From contig MU053379.1 in assembly GCA_013239625.1 (NCBI GenBank), positions 754,490 to 814,489 of the forward strand: DNA of 60,000 nt, given 5' to 3'. Position 1 is the stretch's first letter, and each line of letters begins with the position of its first letter. The position numbers and the translations under genes are program-made. Below the pieces are notes generated by a model, which searched no databases, was not told the DNA's origin, and saw nothing but the letters and a program-made list of their open reading frames with translations. Positions 36,623-46,775 of the stretch are shown one piece after another. The DNA comes from Lama guanicoe. Its lineage: Eukaryota.

Positions 36623-38420
36623 TTCTAGACGGGAGCTTCTTGAGACAAGCGAGAGCTTTGCTTGAGACAGCGTTTGAAGGCCTAGCACACAGGAGATGCT
36701 TGAGAAAGAAATTAAATTAAAAGCACTTTCTTGGCACTGCCACATTTTACACTGAGTCCCACTGAAGCTCTTAATTTCTGTCTTCTAGTTTCAGGTGCTC
36801 CCTCGGGGAGTTACCGGACCAGCGAGTGTGGAATTATACAGCCTGCAGGTGAACATTCACCCAGCAGCTGGGCAACGGGAACTGGCCTGGTGACCACCTG
36901 ACTGCTGGGCCTCCACATTCTCATTCACAAGACGGGAACAACAACATCACTCTACAGAAAGGGGCACCTGTGAGGCCTAGGTGTACATCAAAGCTGTGGC
37001 TGATTCTGAAAAGTAAACCTTAAAAATCAAACTGGGCTCAGCCTCAGTTGTCCAGTGAGATAGCTGGACAACCAGTGAGAGAAGTTACCAGGTGTGGGGG
37101 TCTGCCTCGTTTGGCCACCGTTTTCTGGGTTACAGGCCAGGCCTTAACCACTGCAGGGCCAGGATGGACAAATGGACAGAACAATCTCATCCTTCATAAT
37201 TCTAACTGACTATTATTTTTTTTCCTCCTGAAATGAGATTTTTTAGCAAAGAGAAACCTGGATTCTCAAAAGAACTGTTGACTCCCTGCCTACACGTCAC
37301 TCACCTCCTCATCACAGCTCTTTGGAATAAAGCAACTAGCAGGAGTCGTCTGCAGTCCTGATATTTTTAAAAGGTGTCCCTGCCACATAATAAACCAGTA
37401 TTCCAATCAAATCATTTGCATTCAACCACTCGCATGCAATTGGGTGCTACATAATCACTGCAGCCTACTGACTTAGGGCTCATTTCAGCAAAGAGCATAA
37501 TTGCTCAAATGTGACTCAAAGATTTGAGATTTATTTAAACTCTCCCATCACCAAAACATATTCATGCACCAAGGTACCAATCTAACTTCTTAATCTCTGT
37601 TCAGAGACTGATTCCTAACTATGAAAGATGAGAGCTCTGTTACAGCCCAGAGCCTACAGGCTCCACGTGCTGGACACTGTTTCTAGACACCAAGGCACCT
37701 TTCTCGCCCCCCTCCCAGCCGCTATGGGCCCAAAAACCCTGCAAGCAGGTTTGCACTGCCCCACGGTCGGCCTTCATTTCTCCTCCTTTGCTTAAATAGA
37801 GAGGGAAGTGGCATCTCCAGGACCTCAGAACCGGAAGCTTCTTTCTGGAAGGGAAACAAGTTGGCAGCCTACACTGGCGCTGACCTTTGGAAAGTTCATA
37901 AAGGAACTGAGACGTCACCATAGTGAGCAGCACGCTGCGGGGTCACCAAGCTTCCTCTGGTGTCGGATGAACGGGAAGTTAAGACGATGAAGCACAGAGA
38001 AAAGTATAAAGGGGGGGCAGAGTGCCCCCCAGCTGTGCAGGGCTGGTGTAAACCACGCAGCTGCTCCTCCTGGAAGTGCTGAACAAAAGACCCCAGTTTC
38101 TGGGGACGCTCAACAGCCGGAGTTTCGAAGAGAGCGCTGAGCTAGGGTGTGAGGCCCTACTGGACTCCCTTCCCCAAACTCCAGATAACGCCACCCAGAT
38201 GCCCCTGCTCTGAAGGTTCCAGCACACCCAGCAAACAATGACCTGAGAGGCTCCCAAGAGCCGCCAAAGTTTCGTTTCCTTGGTGCTTCCTAGTCTCTGC
38301 TGACCTCCAACCTCCAGGAGTTATTGCCAAACTGCCTTCTGTTTGCACAAGGTCTGTTTTTCCCAGCACTTACCTGGGTGGCTGCCTGACCCTACTGTGT
38401 GTGGTGGTTCTCTCTCCAGG

Positions 38421-38520
38421 CTACAGATAAGGAAACCCAGGTTCAGACAGGCTAAGAAACCCGAGCAGAGGGTCTGTAAACGTGGCATGAGGGTGGACTC
38501 CAGACCCTGGGAGGTGGCGA
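38421..38520 (-). mobile_element. MIR SINE fragment, same orientation as RRBP1
   Basis: Minus strand reads ...ctgtctgaacctgggtttccttatctgta, compared with the MIR core ctctctgagcctcagtttcctcatctgta. Confidence 0.6.
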
Positions 38521-38699
38521 GCCTGTATCCGAAGCCGGCAGGCTGGGGCCAAACCCAGACCCCACCTCCCTCCCAGGCCCCAAATATCCCTAAAACTCAT
38601 CCAACAGTAACAGCCAACACTTGTTGACTACTCCATACGTGTGCTCGGTCTTCACAGCCTTTCTCTCAAGTAGACAAGATCAGCAGCCCCGTTTCTGAG

Positions 38700-40450
38700 A
38701 CGTGGAAGCGGAAACCGGAGTCAAACAGCTTGGCCGAGGTCACTCAACGGCGTCGGGCTTTCAAAAGCCCACTCCCTCGGCCGCGACACCATACCGAGCT
38801 ACCATTTGTGTTCTACAATCCGGGAAGGGTTTCCTGAGGTTTCCCAGGTGCTGCGCTGGAAGCATGGATCCCAGCCCGCCTTCCCCTGCCCAGGGCGCGG
38901 CCGGGGAGACCGGCGGCCAGCGACGGACGCCAGGCCGGCTGCCAGCGCGCTTGGCCGGCCGGGCCGGAGGTGCTGCTTCCGCCGGAGCCTGGCACCGCCG
39001 GCCCATTCATCGCGGCGCGGGCGGGGCGGGGCAGGCCGGGCAGGGCCCGGGGTGCCCCAGTCCCCCGCCGGGAGCCCTCGCGCCAGGGTCCGCGCTGAGC
39101 GGCCGGGGAAAAGGCTCCCCCGGCCCCGCCGCCAGGGGGAGCAGGGAGCCGCCTCCTGCACTCCGGGAAGTTGCCACCGCGGTCGCCGGGCGCCCGGACC
39201 CGGACGGCCCGGGTCCCCGCACGGCGTGCCCCGCAGCCCCGCGGACCCCGCCCGCTCCGTCGGGGCCGCCCTGCCCCTGCTGCGCCCCGGGGCCGCAGCC
39301 CGCAGGCGGGTGAGTCATCCGGCCGCTTCCCGAAACTTGACCCCTCCCACCGCCAGCTGTGCGCCGCCCCGCCCCGCCGCCAACTTTCTTCGCCCAACTT
39401 CGCAGCGCGCGGGCCGGCCCGACGGCCCGGCGGGGAGGGAGGGGCGGCCACGTAGTGCCACGGGGCCGCCGCAGGTCCTGCCGACGGCGAGGGGCGTGGG
39501 GTCCACCCGGCGGGCACGCTCGGCCGACGCCCCTGCACGGGGTTCAGCCCTGCACACGCCCCCCGAGTCCGCCCTGACCCCGAGGGTCCGCGGCCGCGGC
39601 GACGGCAGGCGGCGCCGCCGGGGGAGGGGCCGCCAAGGAGACGTGTCACTCGCCGCGCGGCCGGCCCAGGCTCGGGCCCCGCCGCCCCGACGGCCCGGCC
39701 CCGCGCGCCGCCGCTGCCGCCACTGCTGCAGGGCCCGGCCAAGTTTCTTACCTGCAGCCGGAGACGCGGGAGGGTGAGCGAGAGGGCAGGAACCGCCGCC
39801 GCCGCCGCCGCGGAACCGGGAGAGAGGAGCCGGCCGAGCCTCCGCCGAGAAGCCGCCACCAAGCAGCTGCAAGCGCCGCGACCCCTACGCCGCCCGCCCC
39901 GTCTGCCGTCCGCTCGAGCCGCTCGCTGGCTGCGTGCGCGCGTGTGGAGTCGTGGCACTTTCTGCCTTGGAGCTGGCGAACGGCCCCCTCCGCCAGGATC
40001 GCCGCCTCCTGCCTTCCCCACCCGGGCCAGCCATTCATAGAGCCTCCTCTCCCCATTGGCCGGCGCCCCGCCACTCCGCGGTTCGCTGGCCAGTTAGAGC
40101 GCGGGCAGCCGAGCCGCGGCGGCGGCCATTGGACGGAGAGGAGGGTCTCCGCCTCGGCCAATGAGAGATGGGAGGAGCTGTGGAGAGCCGCGGGGGCGGG
40201 GCCTGGGAGGGGCGGAGCCGCGCGGCGCGGCGCTCGTCTCTGCGCGGGGGCGGGGCGGAGCCGGAACGCCCCGCCAAACGGAGGAGGGGGCGCCGGCCGG
40301 CCCCGCCCACTCCGGGCCCGCTGCCCTGATCGCCTGCGCTGACTTCGGGCCGGCTCTGGTCCGGCGGGTTCGAATCCCGGCGGCGCTGCGCCTGCGCCTC
40401 AGGACCCCGCTGGGCTGAGGTGGCGGTGGGTGTCACCCTGAGCAGGGTTG
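38700..40450. promoter_or_regulatory. CpG island / RRBP1 promoter with CCAAT boxes and Sp1 GC boxes
   Basis: Very high GC and CpG density. CCAAT on minus at 40055-40059 and 40128-40132, and on plus at 40158-40162. Multiple GGGCGG boxes at about 40190-40310. Confidence 0.92.
39752..39980 (-). other. RRBP1: RRBP1 non-coding exon 1 (5'UTR); 5' end approximate
   Basis: Strong donor CTGCAG|gtaaga at 39752/39751 inside the CpG island, downstream of CCAAT and GC boxes. No AUG on the minus strand between about 40020 and 39752. Contains a short (GCG)6 run at about 39793-39811. The TSS cannot be fixed from sequence. Confidence 0.8.
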
Positions 40451-41504
40451 CGCAACACGGGAACAGCCTGGAGCAATGCTTCATTTAAAACCAACTAACT
40501 TCCCCCGCAGCAGCGCCCCCTCCGGGCCCTCGATGTAAGGACAAGTTCCTCCCGGGGTCAGTCCACAGAGGGCACGTCCCTATCTTCAAAGAGATTGTAA
40601 TCAGCACCAGAAAGAATTTTCTTGAGTAAATGGAGGAATTGGGGCGGAAAGGCCAGCAGGCGAACAAGGAATGGAGGGTGGACGTCATTGCTCCCATTTT
40701 TAGGGAGGGTACAACAGAGTTACTCGTCCAAACCACAGCTGGCTGAGCAATAATTGCAATTCAGCTTATGACCTTTTATTCCGCGCAGTGTAGAGGGTGA
40801 GAGGGTCTGACCCAAAGAAAATCAACCCACTTCCCAGAAAACTGAGCAAATGGTACTTCATAACATGACTTCCTCCCCCACCGACCCCCGTATAAAGCCA
40901 ACACTCTCTCTTAATAAGCAAATAAGTCTTTCAATTAAGATAATTTTAGGCCTGGTTTTTAACCATTTTTATCAGTGTCTCTTAAAGCTAACTCTTTGAA
41001 GTTGAGCCAAAGCCAGTTTCTTTGAAATTAAGATTTCTGAGAGGCCAAAAGGGCTGCTACAGGCTGATCTGCCCCATACCACTCCCCCCACCCCTACACT
41101 ACGGAATCCTGTTCCTAATGTCTGTTTCTTGGACAATTTCACATACCCCTTCCCCCTTTGTCCCTGGTACTGTACAAGTTGTAAGAAAGATGTGGAACTA
41201 CGAGCCATCCTGAGGGAGTGAAGAGGGCTGGGTTGAAATTAAACCATTCATTCCTAGTTCTAATCTCAGCAGTTCCTCAGCACATTAATGATTAATCAGT
41301 GGGAATTAACCTGGATTAGCTTTCGGCATTCAGTCGTTTTCCAGTGGTGAGCCTCAGGTTGACCAAAAACTCAAGAATCCCAGCTTCTGCCTGGCATTTG
41401 CTACCAACCAGTTCTAATTGACCACGGGTAAACCAGTTAACCTCTCTGAACATGGATGTGCTCTTTGGGGACAATTACTGCCCCCTCTAGGTTCTGAAGA
41501 GGAA

Positions 41505-41546
41505 ATTCATTCATTCATTCATTCATTCATTCATTCATTCATTCAT
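41505..41546. repeat. (ATTC)n microsatellite, about 10 units, probably an expanded LINE-2 tail
   Basis: attcattcattc... run followed by L2-like sequence. Confidence 0.9.
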
Positions 41547-41677
41547 TTGGGTTTGTTTACTGCCTGGTATTCACCACCAGGCTGGGCAAGTAGTGTAGAG
41601 TGATAGGCAGACCCAGTAAAGACCCAGCTACCCTTGAAGGCCCTGCTGTGGGCAGAGACCTCCTTCATCTTATTCAT

Positions 41678-42110
41678 GCTGTTTAGGTTTTTCCAGAAGC
41701 AGATCGTGACCAGGAAGGCTTGGGTGCAGGTGACTCATCTGGGGGATGATCACAGAAAGCACTGGGAGAGGTGGGATGGGACGGAGGCAATAAAGAGCAC
41801 GCTATCGAGCAAGTGACTGCTGTGGGCCAGCAGGGCCCAGGGTCGCCACGCATGCCGGGAACCACATAGAACCCGCTCTCGGAGAGTCCCGCCCCAAGGG
41901 CAGGACTCCCCATCCTCCTTGGTGGAGGGCTTCTTCTGGGGGCATTTTAACTCACCCTGACACCCGGTCAGCCTGAGAAAGCCTTCCAGCCGAGAGAAGC
42001 AGCTGTGCAGCAAGAAGGCCTTGGCAGGGGGGTGAGTGCCTAGGGCGTCGGAGGAGGGGGGAGGGTCGCATCTTCCAGGCAACTGTGACCCCGCGACTGA
42101 TACAGCATCT
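41678..42110 (-). mobile_element. LTR16/LTR33-type ERVL solo LTR (degraded)
   Basis: ttccagaagcaga...gggtgcaggtg....tctgggggatgatcacagaaagcact; shares this skeleton with the copies at about 46375 and 54845. Confidence 0.55.
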
Positions 42111-43479
42111 GCGCAGAGTAGGGGCTCAGTAAATGCGCGCTCCGTAAATGTTGTTAAATGAATGCTAGGATTACAGCATCCCTAAGAGTGAAGGGCGTTT
42201 ACAAAAAAGGATTCTCTGCTCCTTCCCGTGATTAACGTTTGATTTGGCTTCAGTACAACGTATGTTCTGTATGGACGAGTGGCCTGACCTTCGCCCTTGC
42301 CCCCTGCCCCTTGTCTAGGGTCCACGAGGAGGGCGGCCCCCACCCTACCCAACCCCCTGGCCTGGCCTGGCCTGGCCTGACTCACAGCCACTGGTGTGCC
42401 TGCAGACACCCACCCTCAGCCCTCCTCGACCTCCTCAGTGTGTCTCAGCCTTGCGTTCTCCGAAGGAGTGTCTGGGGAAAAACCACAACCATCCTCAGGA
42501 CTGAATGGACAGGGGGTGCCTGTGGGGGCAGTGAGGGGCTTCCTCCAGGCTCAGAGTCCCCGTCCCTGCTGTGGCTTCTACCGCAGGCCCATAACTGCCA
42601 AATCACACAGCTTTCTGCGGCGCTAGAGGTCCCGTCCCACAGCCTAGCTCCAGGTCCTGTCTGCTCAGCACCAGGCACTGCGCCAGAGCCTGAGGAGTCA
42701 GGTCCCTGCTGTCCCTCCCCCTAGATGACAGGCTAATGAAGGGCTGTCTCAGGTAACAGGCCAGAGAGGGCCCAAGTGATGTGGGACACCCCATGGGCAG
42801 GGATGTCCACCCAGGCTGAGGAGAGCAGAGGGGTGACAGCCTGACAGAGAAGGGGGAGTTAGCCAGGCCAGAAAGTGGGTGAAGGACGCGCCTGGTAGGA
42901 GAACAGGATGGAGAGAGGCCTGTGGTCTAAGGGAGGCCAGGGCACGCGCAGCCACGCCAAGCTGTCGAGCTGTCGTGTCTTGCCAGAGCTTGAAGGGTGA
43001 GGAGAGGGTAAGAAGGGCTGGGGCTCCAGAGGGGAGCATCATGGGCATGAGGGAGCCATTTAGCAGTGATGGAAACGTGCCACACTTGGGTGATAGCGGC
43101 GGTTATGCGATCAAATGATACACTCTGGGAAAGAGTGAATTTGGTTTGTAAGCAAATTATTCTTCTAGCAACCTGACTCAAGGGAAAAAAAGGAGGGGTA
43201 TGTCCTTTTGGGGTTTTAGCTGTGTATTAAAAGCAAAGCATTCTCATTAGGAAAAACTAAACATGCAGGAATAATTACCTAGGCCAGTCCACTAACTCAT
43301 GCCAGTGCTTCGCTTTCTATTACTGACTTGCAAATATTATTTTTAAAGAGTAGGCAGAAAGATGAGACTCTCCCCTACAGTGTAAAAAGAGATTTTACCT
43401 TATCAACAACCATAAAAGTGATAAATGGCAAACAGAATAAAAATGTCACATGATAAAAAAAAAGACATTTTAACATTTT

Positions 43480-43690
43480 TAGGTCTCGTCGCGTGCCAGG
43501 CCCTGTCTGAGATGCCTTACAAATGCATAAACTTATTTAACCCTCCGAAGAACCTAGTAAAGGAGGTACAGTTGTTATCTCTGCTTTACAGATGAGGAAA
43601 CGGAGACACAGCGAGGTTGAGCAGTCTGCCCAATGTCACAGAGCTGGTCAGAGGAGGGTGTTTGCCCCAGGGTCCATGAACATAACCACT
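43480..43690 (-). mobile_element. MIR SINE
   Basis: gtgccaggccctgt...atttaaccctc...tttacagatgaggaaacggagacacagcgaggttgagcagtctgcccaatgtcacagagct. Confidence 0.8.
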
Positions 43691-44329
43691 GTATTTGGTG
43701 CAAGATCCCATGAGTTGGGCTGTCCCTGTGTGTCGTGGGGTGAACCTAACCTTTGGTGGTGGTGGGTCAAGGAAGGGTTTGTGGTCAGTGACAGCCAAGG
43801 TCACCCTCTTGGCACTCAATTTCGGGTGACTGTAACACTCAGCTAGGTGGGGGGCCCCCTGGGTTGGAGACCATTGCAATAGCCCGAGCGATGAGGGCTT
43901 GAATGGGGCAGTGGCAGATGTGGGAGGTGCAAGGGTGCTTCATGAGGGTGTTTAGGAGATGAAGTAGGGGAGGCTTGGTGACCATGAGGTGAGAGGGACA
44001 GGGAGGAGCCACCCGTGAGCCCTTGTTCTTGGCCTGGGTGACAGGGAGCATGGTGGTATCACTGCAGGGTCAGGACAGGAGGAGAAGGAGCAGGTAGGGG
44101 CAGGAAGTGGGGAAGCCCAGGTGGAGATATTGTTTCTGGGGGTCTGATACTCAGGGGTTGAGACCAATGTGGGTGTTACAGTTTGGAAACCCAAATACAA
44201 GCAGAAGTTCAAACTTGAAGGGCAAAGGTGATCACACCCAGTGTGCAGCACTGGGAGCTGCAGGTGGATGGGGACAGGAGAAAGCCAACGCCTGGATTCT
44301 GGACAGAGAAAGGAAAACCCGCAGAAGGT

Positions 44330-44766
44330 CCAGTTCCATCTGCTTTTGCTGCATAATAAATCACTCCAAAGCTCAGTGGCTTAAAGCAATTATGGTTTCC
44401 TATCTGAGCTCACACGTGCGTGGGTCCGCTGAGGCTCGGCTGGTCTTGCTCGCTTGTGCATATGTCTTTGAGTGGGCTAGGGGTTCACCTCCAGCTGGAG
44501 CCTGGGTGGAGCGTGTTAGAAGCTGCTCCACTTGGTTCCCACCCTTCTCAGGGGCTCAGAGGCTAGAGGGGGCATTCACTTCTTGCGGTGATGGTTGAAG
44601 CAAAAGAAAACAAGGAGAAATACACCAGGTCTCTCAAAGGCTTGTAACTAGGCGGGTACTACCTCATTCTGCTGGTCAGAGCATGTCACGTGGACAAGCC
44701 CAGATTCAAGGGGAGGGAAAATATGGGCCCAGGTGAAGAAATGGCACCACTGAGGCCATCTATCAC
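44330..44766 (-). mobile_element. MLT1-type solo LTR
   Basis: ttgctgcataataaatcactccaaagctcagtggcttaaagcaa...caagcccagattcaaggggagggaaa. Confidence 0.7.
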
Positions 44767-45039
44767 TGAGTCCAAGAAAGACAGATAGAAAAGGTAAATC
44801 AGGAAAGGATGGGTTTATGGAGGGGAGACAGTTTCAAGAAGCAAAGAATGGTAAATGCTGTTAAACGCAGCCTGGAAATCCAGCAAGATGAAGACTGAGT
44901 ATGTGTTAAACAAGGCAATCAGGAGTCACCAGGGACCTTCGGGAGATGGTTTTTGAGGAGGGGGTGGGAGGAAAAATGGCCACCCCAAATTGCAGAGGGC
45001 TGAGAAATGGATGAGAGGCTGAAATTTAGGAGTGATGTG

Positions 45040-45690
45040 CATTCATTCACCCAACAGACTGAATTCAACTCGGTCCCTACCACGTGTCGGTCCCTGTTCT
45101 AGGTGATGGGGAGACAGCCACGAACAAGGCAAAGGGCGCCCTTTCATGGAGCTCACATTCTAGTTAGGGGAAGACAGTAGACAAGTCAGCCAGTGAATAA
45201 GCAAGGTGAATCAAAATGGTGCAAAGGGCTGCGAGGAGAGAGAACGGGCTCCTGGGATGGAGAGGGGCCGGGATTTGGGAATGGGGAGTGTGATGGGTGG
45301 AAGAAGATGGTCAGAGAAAACCCATCTGGGGAGGTGATGGTTGAGTTGATGCTAAAACCATGAGAAGAAGCTGATCTTGTGAAAAGAAGGAAGAATAAGT
45401 GAAAAAGACCTGGGGTAGGGGAGGAGCTTGGCAGCTGGTTCAGGAAACAGAAAGAAGGCTGTGTGACCAGAGAAAGGCAAAGGCGGCGAGGCAGGAAGGT
45501 ATCAGACAGCAGAGAGGGCCTTAGGATGCCCTGGGAAGCCAGTAAGAGCGGAAGCTTTAAGGATGGGGAGTGATGCAATCTACTCTACATTTTAAAAGAT
45601 CACCTTAGCAGTGGTGGGCACTTCATTAAGACTTATGACGAAGGATCCCAGGACTAGACAGGGGGCTTCTGTAAGATTCCAGGCAAGATA
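45040..45690 (-). mobile_element. LINE-2 fragment
   Basis: cattcattcacccaaca...ctaccacgtgtcgg...catggagctcacattctagt...ttttaaaagatcac. Confidence 0.7.
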
Positions 45691-45691
45691 T

Positions 45692-46108
45692 AGTTGACAT
45701 GCTGGTAAATATTTAACAGTTGGTTATCAGAAGGGTGGCGGGTAGGGGAGCACTCCTAATTTGGACCATTTGCCAATTTCTGTGGTGTGAATATTCCCAT
45801 CAGCGCTGACTTCAAGCTACTGAGTCACCAAACAAAAACAGGAAGAAATTTGCGGTAGCATCCCACTGTACACCATACAGATAGTCCCATAAGTCATCTC
45901 AAAGGCATATATGATAGTAAATTGTTGTGAAATAGTTAGGAAGTGGTGAGGTTGAGTATTTATTACTTTTGTTTTCAATATAATCTATGTCATTGTAAGT
46001 TCATATCATTAAATTTTTAATAGTGGTTGTATGTAATGAGCTGCTTGAAAGAGTCCTAAAATTGTAACCATCAGCTCTTATGAGCCAGCTGGCTCCTTCA
46101 CACCACTG
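45692..46108. mobile_element. MER63-like hAT-Blackjack element
   Basis: Ends gctggtaaatatttaacag... and ...gagccagctggctccttcacaccactg; internal tttgccaatttctgtggtgtgaatattccca. Confidence 0.6.
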
Positions 46109-46139
46109 AATATGATCATCATCTGGACTGGAGCGGAGG

Positions 46140-46163
46140 GTGTGTGTGTGTGTGTGTGTGTGT
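46140..46163. repeat. (GT)n microsatellite
   Basis: About 12 uninterrupted GT units. Confidence 0.9.
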
Positions 46164-46371
46164 ATGAAAGAAAGATTCAGGGGGGTTTGGAAGTGTTAGA
46201 AAAGTGAAGAAATGTATGTGCCCATGTTGACACTTTTGCACACATCTCACTCCCCATCTGAATGGTCGGCTCATGGGGTTCCGTGGCTCAACCTGATACA
46301 TCATTATGTTCCCTGAACACCTAGCCCCGTGCCTGGATTCTGGTAAACAAACAAACAAACAAAACCTCACT

Positions 46372-46775
46372 TCAAGTTGGATCTCCTCAGAAGATCTTGA
46401 GAAAATAATTTGAGTGAAAGCATTTTATTTGGAAGGTGATCCCAGGAATGACCAGGAAGGGAGTGGAGGAGTGAGACAGAAGGGGAAGCCAGCCAGTGAG
46501 CAGCGCATCGTCAGCCGGCTTCCCCCGTGGGCAGCTGCAGCTGGCGCCCGCGGAGGAACCCTGGGAGGCAGGGTGGCGTATGTCTCGGAGTTACCCAACC
46601 TGAGACTCAAGGAAGCCGGAGGACTTATTCACCAACTCCTGTCCATCGCTGGCTAAGGCTGCTCCTGGCATTTCCAGCCCACGCCCCAGGGAAAGTTCTG
46701 GGGAAGGTTGCTGGTGTTCACAGTCAGAGGCTGTTGATGTGCACAGGAATGGCAGCAGGATGTGAACAGGGGATC
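46372..46775 (-). mobile_element. LTR16/LTR33-type ERVL solo LTR
   Basis: ttttatttggaaggtgatcccaggaa...gggagtggaggagtgagacagaaggggaag...gtgggcagctg. Confidence 0.65.

Noticed and set aside
38702..40484. Several long overlapping ORFs (up to 402 aa) in the CpG island
   Set aside because: Low-complexity Arg/Gly/Pro/Ala composition, expected from stop-codon scarcity at very high GC.
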